Source: an uncultured virus (IMG/VR IMGVR_UViG_2061766007_000535) (taxonomy: Duplodnaviria; Heunggongvirae; Uroviricota; Caudoviricetes). From it: a stretch of DNA of 56,539 bases. Of this stretch, positions 40,493 to 50,828 are shown piece by piece. Within the stretch, counting starts at the first letter, position 1; the number at the start of each line of letters is the position of its first letter. A program made the translations under genes and the position numbers. The stretch lies in the IMG/VR virus record IMGVR_UViG_2061766007_000535. One strand, given 5' to 3'. The notes under the pieces were generated by a model. The model saw only the letters and a list, made by a program, of their open reading frames with translations. It made no database searches and was not told the DNA's origin.

Positions 40493-42541
40493 TTAGCCGT
40501 TGGCCGCGCCAGCGGACTTGACCATACCACGATGATCCTGCTCCCTGATGCCGAGGTCAAAATAGACTCTGAACCAGAGGCCCAGCGTATTGAAATCAGT
40601 TTCGCCGCGCTCGACGGTCGGGGTGCGCTTACCGCGCAGATACCCGATTTCGAAGGTGTCGGTCTGGCGCGGATCGCCGAAGAGGTACCACGCATTCGCG
40701 GAGGCTCCCTCATAGGCGCTGTTGGCGAGGTACGGGGAGCTGACGACCTGCAGGTTCTCGTCTGCGAGGATGTTGAGAGCAGGACGGACGACATTGTCAG
40801 CACCGCCAGCGGTGATGAGGGTGGCGCCGCGGGTGAGTTCGATGGCGAGGTGCTTGAGGGCAGTCGGGACGAGCAGGAACTTGGGTTCGATGCTGATGGG
40901 CTGACCATCGGCGTCGACCTGGTCCAGATACAGCTGAATGGCTTTCTTCAGGGATTCGAAGGACAGCGCACTGGCGGCACCCGTGAGGAGGTTCTTGTGC
41001 TGGGGGCAGAACAGGGGCTTGCCGTCGAGCTGAGTCGGGTTCTTGAGCAGGCGGGAGAAGAAGAGCTGATCGATCAGACGAGCCGCACGATTGCCCATCG
41101 CCGTCGGAACCTTCATAAAGGCTCCGAGGTCGTCGTTGATGATCATTTTTCTCGTCAAACAGAACTTCTTGCCATAGGTTTCGATCTGGTTCTTCGCGGC
41201 TTCTTCGGTCACGCCGCCGTCCTTGATCTCGCCGTCAGCGCCGACCGGAAGCAGGTCGCCGACGTCGGTCAGTCTGAAGCGGTCGTTCTCCTTGAAATCG
41301 TTGAGGTCCCCGGTAGAACACAGTTTGGTCGCGATCACGGGCTGGGACTCGTAGCTCTGCAGGAGCTTTTTGTTGGCCACGTTGCTCAGGATGCCCGGCA
41401 GGGACACGGAGCTGAAGGCCGCGCGGATGGTCTCGTTGTCGAAGCCGCGACCATACGGGATGCCGTCGAGTTTCATGCACTCAATGAGGAGCTGTTTCAG
41501 CGGCATGTCCATTTCCTTCATGCCTGCTTCGATGGTCTTTTCGTCGAAGGATTTTTCCAGGACTTCGGGGGTAACGCCGCAACGGAGGCACATCGCAGCC
41601 TCGATGGTCTTGCGGAGTTCGTTGCCTTCCGGTTCAGTCTTCACGGTGATGTGGACGTCGGCGGCAGGACGTTCGGCACGGATGGTTTCGAGGACTTTCT
41701 TCGTCACGACTTCCGGGGTCCAGCCAGCGGAGATCGCGTCCCTTTCAATCTCCGGGAATTCGCCATCGCAAATGGCGCGGATTGCGGCCACGCGCTCGCG
41801 TTCGGCCTTGACCGCGGCAACGGCGGCTTCGTGGGCTGCGGCGGCCACATCGACGGCAGCAGGCTCCGGCTTGGCTTCGGGCTTGACTTCCGGCTTGGCT
41901 TCCGCCTGGATTTCGGGTTTCGCCTCGGCCCTGATTTCCGGCTTCGCTTCGGGCTTGGCTTCCGGCTTCGCTTCCGGCTTCACGTCAGCCTTGGCTTCGA
42001 CATCTTTGTTTTCATTCATAGTTTCGACTCCTTCCTCTTCATGGTTAGGGTTCTTCAGTTCGAAATTTGCTGTGACTTTCAGATTCGTGTGAGCGTCAGC
42101 GCCAACGGCGACCACGCTCACTTCACGCAGGGCAGACTTGCGGACATGGTAAAACGGACCTTCAAACTCCTGTCCATTCACCTCGCGCTTGCCCCGGACA
42201 AGCTCGCACTCCTTCACATCGGCTCCGATGGAGAGCTGCCAGTCGGCTCCTGCTTTGCTCTGGGCAACGATGTCGGCGGCGTCCGGGCTGTCGGAGATGA
42301 TTTCGCCCGTGATTTCGAGCATGTTGTTTTTCACGCTCGCCGAGACCATCCCGATGCGGGCGCTCGTCCGGTTCTCGTGGTTTGCGAGCAGAGGAACGGT
42401 TTCCGGGAGTTCCATTCCGCTCAGGTCGACCACGACCGGATTCTTCCAGCCGGGCAGAGACATCTTCCCGCCGGAGTACGCGGTGCCGACAATTTTCGGA
42501 CGTGCGCCTCCGGCTGCTTCAATCAGTGTGAATTCGTTCAT
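40493..42541 (-). CDS. Prohead protease-scaffold-major capsid fusion (Mu gpT-like capsid domain)
   Basis: PLLANH, WQLSIG, LREVSVVAVGAD protease motifs; KPEA scaffold repeats; TYGKKFCLTRKMIINDDLGAF capsid motif. Confidence 0.93.
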   Translation of the reverse strand: MNEFTLIEAAGGARPKIVGTAYSGGKMSLPGWKNPVVVDLSGMELPETVPLLANHENRTSARIGMVSASVKNNMLEITGEIISDSPDAADIVAQSKAGADWQLSIGADVKECELVRGKREVNGQEFEGPFYHVRKSALREVSVVAVGADAHTNLKVTANFELKNPNHEEEGVETMNENKDVEAKADVKPEAKPEAKPEAKPEIRAEAKPEIQAEAKPEVKPEAKPEPAAVDVAAAAHEAAVAAVKAERERVAAIRAICDGEFPEIERDAISAGWTPEVVTKKVLETIRAERPAADVHITVKTEPEGNELRKTIEAAMCLRCGVTPEVLEKSFDEKTIEAGMKEMDMPLKQLLIECMKLDGIPYGRGFDNETIRAAFSSVSLPGILSNVANKKLLQSYESQPVIATKLCSTGDLNDFKENDRFRLTDVGDLLPVGADGEIKDGGVTEEAAKNQIETYGKKFCLTRKMIINDDLGAFMKVPTAMGNRAARLIDQLFFSRLLKNPTQLDGKPLFCPQHKNLLTGAASALSFESLKKAIQLYLDQVDADGQPISIEPKFLLVPTALKHLAIELTRGATLITAGGADNVVRPALNILADENLQVVSSPYLANSAYEGASANAWYLFGDPRQTDTFEIGYLRGKRTPTVERGETDFNTLGLWFRVYFDLGIREQDHRGMVKSAGAANG

Positions 42542-43989
42542 GCTTCCTCGTTTGTTGATGTTTCATCCTCGCCGGACTCTCCCGGTTCGGAGCTTCTTTT
42601 CTGTGCTTCCTTTTGCTCTCCGGGGACAGGAATCCCCAGAGACTTCATCAGCTTGATTTCCTTTGCTCTCTGTTGCAGGACGCCGAGGTAGTCCCGGCCA
42701 TCCTTCGCACACTCGGCCGCCAGCGTGGTGGTGAGGTTCGCAAGGCGGCGTTCCTGCGCCGTGGCTTCCTTGTTGGGGTCGACGTGCGGGAAGCCGTCCC
42801 AAAACCATGTGTGGTTTTCTTCAAGCGGAACAAGATTCTCGGTCAAAAGGTATTCCCTGAACCACACCTCGAAGATACGGTTCAAGACCTCGGTCTCCCA
42901 GAAGGAACGGTCGACCAGAATGGACTTGTGATAGATCTGATTGTCCAGCCTGCCGGACGCATAATTGTGTCCGCTGTAGTCCCCGGCGAGCGTTCCGTAG
43001 GTGGTAACGGCACATCGGGCGATCTCGCTCAAAATGATCTTGACGAATTCCGCATGGTTCGCCGCGGGCTGCTTCGGGTCGAGCTGGTCCATACGCCAGC
43101 CAGCGGGAACCGTGAGCATCATATTCCGTTCGAGCGGGATGGTGTCCATCGGCTCGACTTCCTCGGCCTCTCCGCTCGGAGGCGCGTCCGTGTAAAGGAT
43201 AGCGGCAAAGTCTGCCGCTGCTTCCGCAGCACTCAGAACGGCAAGATTGTATCGTCTGAGCTGGGCGAACAGAGGAAGAGCGGAGGTCAGCTCCGGTACA
43301 CCGCGATGGAGTCCCGGTCTATCCTGACGGAAGATGTGGATCATCCACTCGGCGGGAATCGTGATAGCTTCGTCGCCCGTCGCAAACCTCGTATCCCCCG
43401 GATGGTATTTCAGCACCCGGTATGAAGTCGGGTTCCCCCACGGATCGAACGTGATGCCGTCCACAGACTGTCCATCGTCAAACAGTTTGATGCCGCCCGA
43501 CACTCTGTCTGCCTCGATCAGCATGAGGTCAAGCTTGACGGGACTGCGCACCTTCGGATTCGTCGCCAGCACTGCGAACGCTTCTCCGTCCTGGCATCGT
43601 GCCATCCGCATTGTTCGGAGCTTCGGAGCAAGCCTGACCGCCTCTGCCCATTTCATGAATGCCCTCTCGACTTCATCATTGAAAGCCTCGTCCGAGGTGA
43701 GCATCTGCAACCTCGGCCCCGTGCCAACGGTGTCATTCGCGAGCATCTGGACCAGGCCGCGAGCATAGGAATTGTTCGCCACCTCGTACCGGGAACGCAT
43801 CCGAAGCGTTCGACGGACTTCCGGCGAGGCTTCCATGTCGGCAGAGAGCTGGTCGGCCGCCGCCCAATGCTTCGAGTTGTCCCTCGTGGTCTGAGCGGCG
43901 TCGAACCTTGCCCGGATCGGGCGGTGAAAGTGTTGTTCCTGTTGTGGCTTCGAGGTGCGGAAAAAGTTCTTCAGCACCTCCAGCATCAC
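42538..43989 (-). CDS. Phage portal protein, lambda family
   Basis: LRMRSRYEVANNSYARG, DGEAF, IEADR, HIF...RPG..RGVP, NYASGRLD, HVDPNKEA. Confidence 0.93.
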   Translation of the reverse strand: MMLEVLKNFFRTSKPQQEQHFHRPIRARFDAAQTTRDNSKHWAAADQLSADMEASPEVRRTLRMRSRYEVANNSYARGLVQMLANDTVGTGPRLQMLTSDEAFNDEVERAFMKWAEAVRLAPKLRTMRMARCQDGEAFAVLATNPKVRSPVKLDLMLIEADRVSGGIKLFDDGQSVDGITFDPWGNPTSYRVLKYHPGDTRFATGDEAITIPAEWMIHIFRQDRPGLHRGVPELTSALPLFAQLRRYNLAVLSAAEAAADFAAILYTDAPPSGEAEEVEPMDTIPLERNMMLTVPAGWRMDQLDPKQPAANHAEFVKIILSEIARCAVTTYGTLAGDYSGHNYASGRLDNQIYHKSILVDRSFWETEVLNRIFEVWFREYLLTENLVPLEENHTWFWDGFPHVDPNKEATAQERRLANLTTTLAAECAKDGRDYLGVLQQRAKEIKLMKSLGIPVPGEQKEAQKRSSEPGESGEDETSTNEEA

Positions 43990-44189
43990 ACAGCCCCCGA
44001 ATGCGTCATCTTGGAAAACTTCAGCCCGCTCCCGCGGTGTTTCACGGCGTCCTTCGAGGCGAGGTATTTGTCTGCTTCGATCTGTTCTTTCAGCGAATGC
44101 TGCTCGACACGCTGTCCGTCGACTTCCGCGGACTTCGGTCCGGTCGCATTTTTTACAATGGATTCTCTGATTTTTTCATGTTCACTCAT
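43986..44189 (-). CDS. gpW-like head-tail adaptor
   Basis: 67 aa, GPKSAEVDGQRVEQHSLKEQIEADKYL; directly upstream of the portal. Confidence 0.7.
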   Translation of the reverse strand: MSEHEKIRESIVKNATGPKSAEVDGQRVEQHSLKEQIEADKYLASKDAVKHRGSGLKFSKMTHSGAV

Positions 44190-44191
44190 TT

Positions 44192-46249
44192 TTATTCTCC
44201 TGTTTCGGGTTTAGCCTCACGTGAGGCTAAACTCTCTTCGACCGCCTGAATCCGATGTCCGATCCACGCCATCACGTTCACGCACATCGAATTCCCGCAA
44301 GCCTTATACCGCGGGGCATCCGGGCATTCCTCCTCAGGCTTGCCCTTCCACTTGATGCGGGTGTGGTTATCCGGGAAGCCCATCAGACGCTCGCATTCGA
44401 CCGGGAGAAGTCTCCGAACAGTCGACTGCCAGCTGACGCCGGGGACGGATGCGGAGGTAATCGTGTTCATCGGAGCACCGTCTTCCCCAACGCCGACGCC
44501 TTGCCGGTTCTGTTCGTCTTTCTTATTCGGATCGCGTGTCGCGTTCCTCAGATCAAGTGGAACACACTCTGCAAAATCAACAATCATCTGACCGCCTTGT
44601 GCCTTCTGTGGCGTCGGGATCGTGGTGTCCAGCGTTTTTGCGACGTCAGTCTCGTGGATGCCGCTGTTCGGATTCGAACTTTTCATCGAATTGCTCCGAT
44701 CAGCGTCTATCGTCCATACGCGGGGCTTCGAGACACATTCCATCGTGGCTACGCCCATCACGCCCGTGGCGTTCTGTGTGTATGCCAATTCTTCCTGAGC
44801 TCCGACCCCGTTGCCGCCCGTGTGGTCCTGTCGGCCAATGATGTTCTCAGCAATAGCCACGGAATCGATGATGACCGTTTCAGCATTTGTGCCGCCTGCC
44901 GTCACCGTCTTGCTCGCATCAGCCTCGGTCACATACAGCCCGCCGTCCGGCCGATCTTTCCTTGTGCCGTTGGCATCGCAGAAGCTGACGTTGTATGCGA
45001 CTGCCGGGAGCGCACCGCTCCTGAGCGTCGGGAATGTGTCACCCCAGAAGCCCTGCTGTTCGCCTCCGGCATCATTCTTGATGAAGCCGACGGGCTTGCC
45101 TTCGACCATGTATTTGTCGCAGTCTTCAAGGGAGTTCTTTTCATACATCGAAGCCATCAGCGTGGGCGCGACATCCTTCTCCTGAACATCATCCATCACA
45201 AGCGGAGTCTGGTTGCCTCCCGTTCCCCAACGGCTCATCACTGTCGGGGAGACCGGAACTTCCTTCACTCTGGCATCGGACGGATGGTTTTCAAAGCAGA
45301 CGGCTCCGGGCCCTTTTGCGGTCAGCGTGGGCTGAACATCTTCCGAAAGGCTCATGCCATATTTGGCATTCTGCCCCTGATTGAACACATCGCGACCAAG
45401 TCCGACAGCCTTGCCGCCTTTGTAGTCCGTGGCGATCAGCGTCGGCGCAATCTCAACTTCCTGCACCTCGACCTGTCTCATGTCCATGCATTCGACGGCA
45501 GGCTCGATCACGCACTGGAGACGTCCCTTGTCCGGCATCAACTGATTGTTGCTCGTTCCGGTCAGTGTTCCGGCCTGGTCGCTGCCATCCCACCACTGAG
45601 CGTCTTCCGTCAGAGTTACGATGGTCTGGTCATTCCCCGTCGCCAGCGTGTGGCTCAGGTCGTCGCCGACTAAAGCTCCTTTTCCGCCTCCGGTTTTTCC
45701 TCCACGCATCCGGATTGACTTTGTCGTATCAATGCCTCCTTCAGCACAGGCGGGAGCGGCTTGCCTCTTCGTTCGGCTCGGCGGAGAATCCCCTCCGCGC
45801 ATCTCGCCGTCAAATAATACCGCTGCGGGATAAAGCCACGAACCAAGATATCCGACAATGAAGAGACGTCTCCTTCTTTGCGGGACTGCCCTCGGAAATT
45901 CGGGAACTCTGGTATACTGAGCGTCAAGTATTCTCCACGCCACTCCAAAGCATCCAGGTGCAGGGGTGACGATTCCACACTTGCGCCAGCCTCCTTCGGG
46001 GACATTGACTTCCCATCCGCACAGCAGCGATAGGAAGCTGGCAAAATCTTTTCCGGCCCCGCTTGACAAAAGACCAGGGACGTTTTCGACCAGCGTCCAT
46101 CGTACCCCTGTGCGATAAGCCAGTTTGACAAATTCAAGGGCAAGGTGTCCACGGGGGTCGGTAATCCCTTTTCTAAGCCCCGCGATAGAGTAGGACTGAC
46201 ATGGGACCCCGCCGACGAGCAGGTCAATTGGTTCATCGAAATCCTCCTT
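44192..46249 (-). CDS. C5-cytosine DNA methyltransferase, very long multi-module variable region (5' part in other fragments)
   Basis: Motif IV GGVPCQ, VI ENVPG, VIII PQRRRRLFIVG, IX RRLLPVECERLMGFPD, X YKACGNS. Confidence 0.95.
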   Translation of the reverse strand, partial: KEDFDEPIDLLVGGVPCQSYSIAGLRKGITDPRGHLALEFVKLAYRTGVRWTLVENVPGLLSSGAGKDFASFLSLLCGWEVNVPEGGWRKCGIVTPAPGCFGVAWRILDAQYTRVPEFPRAVPQRRRRLFIVGYLGSWLYPAAVLFDGEMRGGDSPPSRTKRQAAPACAEGGIDTTKSIRMRGGKTGGGKGALVGDDLSHTLATGNDQTIVTLTEDAQWWDGSDQAGTLTGTSNNQLMPDKGRLQCVIEPAVECMDMRQVEVQEVEIAPTLIATDYKGGKAVGLGRDVFNQGQNAKYGMSLSEDVQPTLTAKGPGAVCFENHPSDARVKEVPVSPTVMSRWGTGGNQTPLVMDDVQEKDVAPTLMASMYEKNSLEDCDKYMVEGKPVGFIKNDAGGEQQGFWGDTFPTLRSGALPAVAYNVSFCDANGTRKDRPDGGLYVTEADASKTVTAGGTNAETVIIDSVAIAENIIGRQDHTGGNGVGAQEELAYTQNATGVMGVATMECVSKPRVWTIDADRSNSMKSSNPNSGIHETDVAKTLDTTIPTPQKAQGGQMIVDFAECVPLDLRNATRDPNKKDEQNRQGVGVGEDGAPMNTITSASVPGVSWQSTVRRLLPVECERLMGFPDNHTRIKWKGKPEEECPDAPRYKACGNSMCVNVMAWIGHRIQAVEESLASREAKPETGE
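45670..46236 (-). CDS. Overprinted 188-aa ORF, M.EcoHK31I-beta-like MTase subunit
   Basis: AAGGAGG-6 nt-ATG inside the MTase gene; SSLSDIL...RYYLT...GILRRAERRGKPLPPVLKEAL; also open in the allele 48252..48780. Confidence 0.8.
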   Translation of the reverse strand: MNQLTCSSAGSHVSPTLSRGLEKGLPTPVDTLPLNLSNWLIAQGYDGRWSKTSLVFCQAGPEKILPASYRCCADGKSMSPKEAGASVESSPLHLDALEWRGEYLTLSIPEFPNFRGQSRKEGDVSSLSDILVRGFIPQRYYLTARCAEGILRRAERRGKPLPPVLKEALIRQSQSGCVEEKPEAEKEL

Positions 46250-46259
46250 NNNNNNNNNN

Positions 46260-48989
46260 CGCCCGACGAAGCGCAGACAGAAAAAGAACGGAAGCAGAGA
46301 GAAAGCTGGGAGAAACAGATTGCCGAGCTCCCCGAAGGCGGAACGATCCCGAATCTGGGCGACTTTCCCAAAATCACGAAGGAGGATTTCGATGAACCAA
46401 TTGACCTGCTCGTCGGCGGGGTCCCATGCCAGTCCTACTCTATCGCCGGCCTCAGAAAAGGTATCACTGACCCACGCGGACACCTTGCCCTTGAATTTGT
46501 CAAACTGGCTTATCGCACAGGGGTNNNNNNNNNNGCTTCCTCGACAGCCTGAATCCGGCGTCCGATCCATGCCATCACGTTCACGCACATCGAATTCCCA
46601 CAGGCCTTGTACCTCGGAGCATCGGGGCATTCATCTTCCGGCTTGCCCTTCCACGCGATGCGGGTGTGGTTGTCGGGGAATCCCATCAGACGCTCACATT
46701 CGACCGGCAGAAGCTTGCGAACGGTCGACTGCCACCCGACACCGGGGACAGACGCGGAGGTAATAGTGTTCATCGGAGCACCGTCCTCGCCGACGCCAAC
46801 GCCCTGCCGGTTCTGCTCATCTTTCTTATTTGGATCGCGCGTCGCGTTCCTTAAATCAAGGGGAACACATTCCATCGTGGCCACGCCCATCACACCCGTG
46901 GCGTTCTGGGTGTATGCCAGTTCTTCCTGAGCTCCAACACCGTTGCCGCCTGTGTGGACCTGTCTGCCGATGATGTTTTCGGCAATCGCCACGGAGTCGA
47001 TGACAACAGTCTCGGCATTCGTGCCGCCAGCCGTCACCGTCTTGCTTGCATCTGCCTCGGTCACATACAGCCCGCCTTCCGGTCGATCTTTCCTTGTGCC
47101 GTTGGCGTCGCAGAAGCTGACATTGTAGGCGACTGCGGGAAGAGCACCGCTCCTGAGCGTCGGGAACGTGTCGGCCCAGAACCCCTGTTGTTCGCCTCCG
47201 GCATCATTTTTGATGAAGCCGACGGGCTTGCCTTCGACCATGTATTTGTCACAGTCTTCNNNNNNNNNNTGGTCACTGTCTTGCTCGCATCCGCCTCGGT
47301 TACATACAGACCTCCGTCCGGTCGATCTTTCCTCGTGCCGTTGGCATCGCAGAAGCTGACGTTGTACGCGACAGCCGGAAGAGCTCCGCTCCTGAGCGTC
47401 GGGAATGTATCGCCCCAGAACCCCTGCTGTTCGCCTCCGGCATCNNNNNNNNNNAACCCGAACCTCCTTCAGCCTCGCATCGGATTGATGGTTTTCGAAA
47501 CAGACTGCTCCGGGTCCCTTGGCGGTCAGCGTGGGCNNNNNNNNNNTTCTCCTGAACATCATCCATCACGAGCGGCGTTTGATTCCCGCCCGTTCCCCAA
47601 CGGCTCATCACGGTCGGGGAGACCGGAACTTCCTTCACTCTGGCATCGGACGGATGGTTTTCGAAACAGACTGCTCCGGGTCCCTTGGCGGTCAGCGTGG
47701 GCNNNNNNNNNNGGCAACGTCCTTCTCCTGGACATCGTCCATCACGAGCGGTGTCTGATTGCCGCCCGTTCCCCAACGGCTCATCACGGTCGGGGAGACC
47801 CGAACTTCCTTCAGTCTCGCATCGGACGGATGGTTTTCGAAGCAGACGGCTCCGGGTCCCTTGGCGGTCAGCGTGGGCTGAACATCTTCCGACAAGCTCA
47901 TGCCGTATTTGGCATTCTTCCCCTGATTGAACACATCGCGTCCGATTCCGACAGCCTTGCCGCCTTTGTAGTCCGTTGCGATCAACGTCGGGGCAAGCTC
48001 TGTTTCCTGAACCTCGACCTGTCTGGTATCAATACACTCGACGGCAGGTTCGATCACACATTGGAGCCGTCCCTTGTCCGGCATCAGCTGATTATTGCTT
48101 GTTCCAGTCAGGGTTCCTGCCTGATCGCTTCCATCCCACCACTGCGCGTCTTCGGAAAGCGTGACAATGGTCTGATCGTTTCCTGTTGCAAGAGTGTGGC
48201 TTATGTCAGTTCCGACCAACGCGCCCTTACCGCCCCCCTCACGACCACCTCTTAGCCGGATTGACTTTGTCGTATCAATGCTTCCTTCAGAACGGGCGGC
48301 AGCGGCTTGCCTCTTCGTTCGGCGCGGCGGAGTATCCCCTCCGCGCATTTCGNNNNNNNNNNACATCTCGGAGTCAAATAGTACCGTTGCGGGATAGAGC
48401 CACGAACCAATATATCCGACAATGAAGAGACGTCTCCTTCGCTGCGGAACCGCCCTTGGAAATTCGGGAACTCTGGTATATTGAGCGTCAAGAATGCGCC
48501 ATGCCACTCCAAAGCATCCCGGTGCAGGCACGACGATTCCACACTTGCGCCAGCCTCCTTGGGGGACGTCGACTTCCCATCCGCACAGCAGCGATAGGAA
48601 GCTGGCNNNNNNNNNNNNNNNNNNNNNNNNNNNNNNNNNNNNNNNNNNNNNNNNNNNNNNNNNNNNNNNNNNNNNNNNNNNNNNNNNNNNNNNNNNNNNN
48701 NNNNNNNNNNNNNNNNNNGAGGCCGGCGATAGAGTAGGACTGGCATGGGACACCGCCGACAAGCAGGTCAATTGGTTCATCGAAATCCTCCTTCGTGATT
48801 TTGGGAAAGTCNNNNNNNNNNGAGGTGTCCGCGCGGGTCGGTGATACCTTTTCTAAGCCCGGCGATAGAGTAGGACTGGCATGGGACCCCGCCGACGAGC
48901 AGGTCAATTGGTTCATCGAAATCCTCCTTCGTGATTTTTGGAAAGTCGCCCAGATTCGGGATCGTTCCGCCTTCGGGGAGCTCGGCAAT
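46260..48989. CDS. Multiple allelic fragments of the MTase gene
   Basis: Near-identical repeats of 44192..46249 between N gaps, one inverted. Confidence 0.9.
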
Positions 48990-48999
48990 NNNNNNNNNN

Positions 49000-49239
49000 T
49001 GTTCCGCCTTCCGGAAGCTCGGCAATCTGTTTCACCCAGCTTTCTCTCTGCTTTCGTTCCTTCTCGGTCTCGGCTTCCTCTGGCGGGAGCAAACGCAGAG
49101 GCCGTGTCGCCCCGAACCGCTGTTGCAGGACGGCTGCCGGGAACGGTTCGACTTCCGCGAAGAACACCGCCTTCCATCCGAGCGGTGCCCAGGCCAGTGT
49201 CGCGGCTTCCACGCCGCTGCATACGCTTCCGTAGTTCAT
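49000..49239 (-). CDS. MTase N-terminus (motif I)
   Basis: GGAG SD; MNYGSVCSGVEAATLAW...FAEVEPFPAAVL. Confidence 0.9.
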
Positions 49240-49502
49240 GAATCTATTCTCCGTTTTGAAAAAAAATCGAATGTCTCCAAGTACTTCTTTACCGTTTTGC
49301 CGCAAGTTGCACACGAAAACAGCCCATTTGCTTTATTTTTTTTGATTTTTTCTGTGTTTTTCGTAAAAAACATGCTTTTTACATACATACCGGTCTCCCG
49401 ACACGAAAAAAAATACGCAAAATGCCTGAATCAGATTGAAAGACACAATGAGATGAAGTATTGTAATATCCTCATACAACCACACGTCCATAAAGATTCA
49501 AA

Positions 49503-50561
49503 ATGAAGAAAGATGACCATCATTTAACAGATCAGTCCAAAAAAGGGGAATCGTTATCTTCCCGCAGGACATATACCACATCTCCCCGATATCAGCAGAT
49601 GGCTCGCATGAACCGCATTGTTTCTTTGCTGAAGATGAACAACTGCCCGACAGCCAGAAAGATTGCGGACGAGCTCAGCGACCTGGAGGTTGCATCCGGG
49701 AGGGTAATTCATAAGAACTACAGCATTCGGACAATATACCGTGATATAGACGCGCTCAGGAACGAATTCCATTGCCCGATCCTGTTCGACCGGGCTACTG
49801 ACACATACCGTCTTGAGGATACGAAGTGGGAATTCAACTGGCCGTCCTATCTTTCGGAAGAGGCTTCCTTCGCGCTCATCATAGGAAGTCATGTGGCCGA
49901 GGAGATTATTCCGAACCCTTTGCGTGCGCGCATAAAGAAATCTGTAGATGAACTCTTAAAGAGAAGCAATACGGGATTCATCGGAAATGCAAATCTGAAG
50001 TCACTGAAGATTTTTGCCGGTGGAGGAGAACCGGAAAACAAGGGCGTCTTTTCCGTAATCTTTGATTCCTGGCGAACGCATCGGAGCGTAAAGATTGTGT
50101 ACGACAACCAGAAGGGGAGCATTTCCGAGCGAGTTGTAGACCCGCATGTTCTGTATTATCATCTGCGTGAATGGCGCATCAAGGCGTTCTGCCACAAAAG
50201 CAATGATGATCGCGTGTTCGTAATCAACCGAATCCGGAATGCTTGGCAGTTGAATGAAACGTTTATGCCGAACAAAAAAACAATCGATTCCGTCACGGCG
50301 GATCACCTCTCCAGCTACGAAAAGCTGAAAGACGTGAAGATAAAGCTCACCGGGGACGCCGTGAAGTTTGCAAAAGTAAACCACATGCATTCCAAGCAGA
50401 AAATCAAGAACGGCGTTCTCTTCATCCCGGAGGTCTCGTTCGAGGTTGCCGTACCGTGGATTTTGGCTCAGGGAGGACAGGCATCCGTAATTGAGCCTGC
50501 AGAGTTGAAGAAGCGAGTACGGGAAGTGGCTCAGGCGGTCATTGACGGCAACTCGGACTGA
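49503..50561 (+). CDS. HTH-WYL-WCX transcriptional regulator
   Basis: TARKIADEL...RTIYRDIDALR HTH; ERVVDPH...WRIKAFCH...RVFVINRI WYL; WILAQGGQASVIEPAELK WCX. Confidence 0.93.
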   Translation: MKKDDHHLTDQSKKGESLSSRRTYTTSPRYQQMARMNRIVSLLKMNNCPTARKIADELSDLEVASGRVIHKNYSIRTIYRDIDALRNEFHCPILFDRATDTYRLEDTKWEFNWPSYLSEEASFALIIGSHVAEEIIPNPLRARIKKSVDELLKRSNTGFIGNANLKSLKIFAGGGEPENKGVFSVIFDSWRTHRSVKIVYDNQKGSISERVVDPHVLYYHLREWRIKAFCHKSNDDRVFVINRIRNAWQLNETFMPNKKTIDSVTADHLSSYEKLKDVKIKLTGDAVKFAKVNHMHSKQKIKNGVLFIPEVSFEVAVPWILAQGGQASVIEPAELKKRVREVAQAVIDGNSD

Positions 50562-50711
50562 TCTCATCCTGCCCGAATGAACATCTCCTCCTGTACTGGC
50601 AAGGTATGGGGGGATCTTTTTTACCTGTCGGGGTGATTTCCGCCTCAAATATCTTCGATTGGGGCGAATCAATCTTTTTTTTGGACTTTTTTTAGTTTAG
50701 CCTCCTAAAAC

Positions 50712-50743
50712 TGACCACGGATGTCATAGGGGCGTGCTATATT
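50712..50743 (+). promoter_or_regulatory. TGAC-N7-GTCA palindrome plus extended -10; putative WYL-controlled promoter
   Basis: cTGACcacggatGTCAtaggggcgTGcTATATT; palindrome sits where a -35 would be. Confidence 0.6.
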
Positions 50744-50828
50744 ATACTCGTTGATTCGGATGCCACGGAATCACGGAGGTTCCGATCCGATCCGCAAAAC
50801 AACGCATCACTCAAATCGGAGACACAAC

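Noticed and set aside
40532..42691. 719-aa plus-strand ORF and similar long antisense ORFs (3879, 44255, 46954)
   Set aside because: Shadows of GC-biased capsid/MTase genes; no SD or recognisable motifs.
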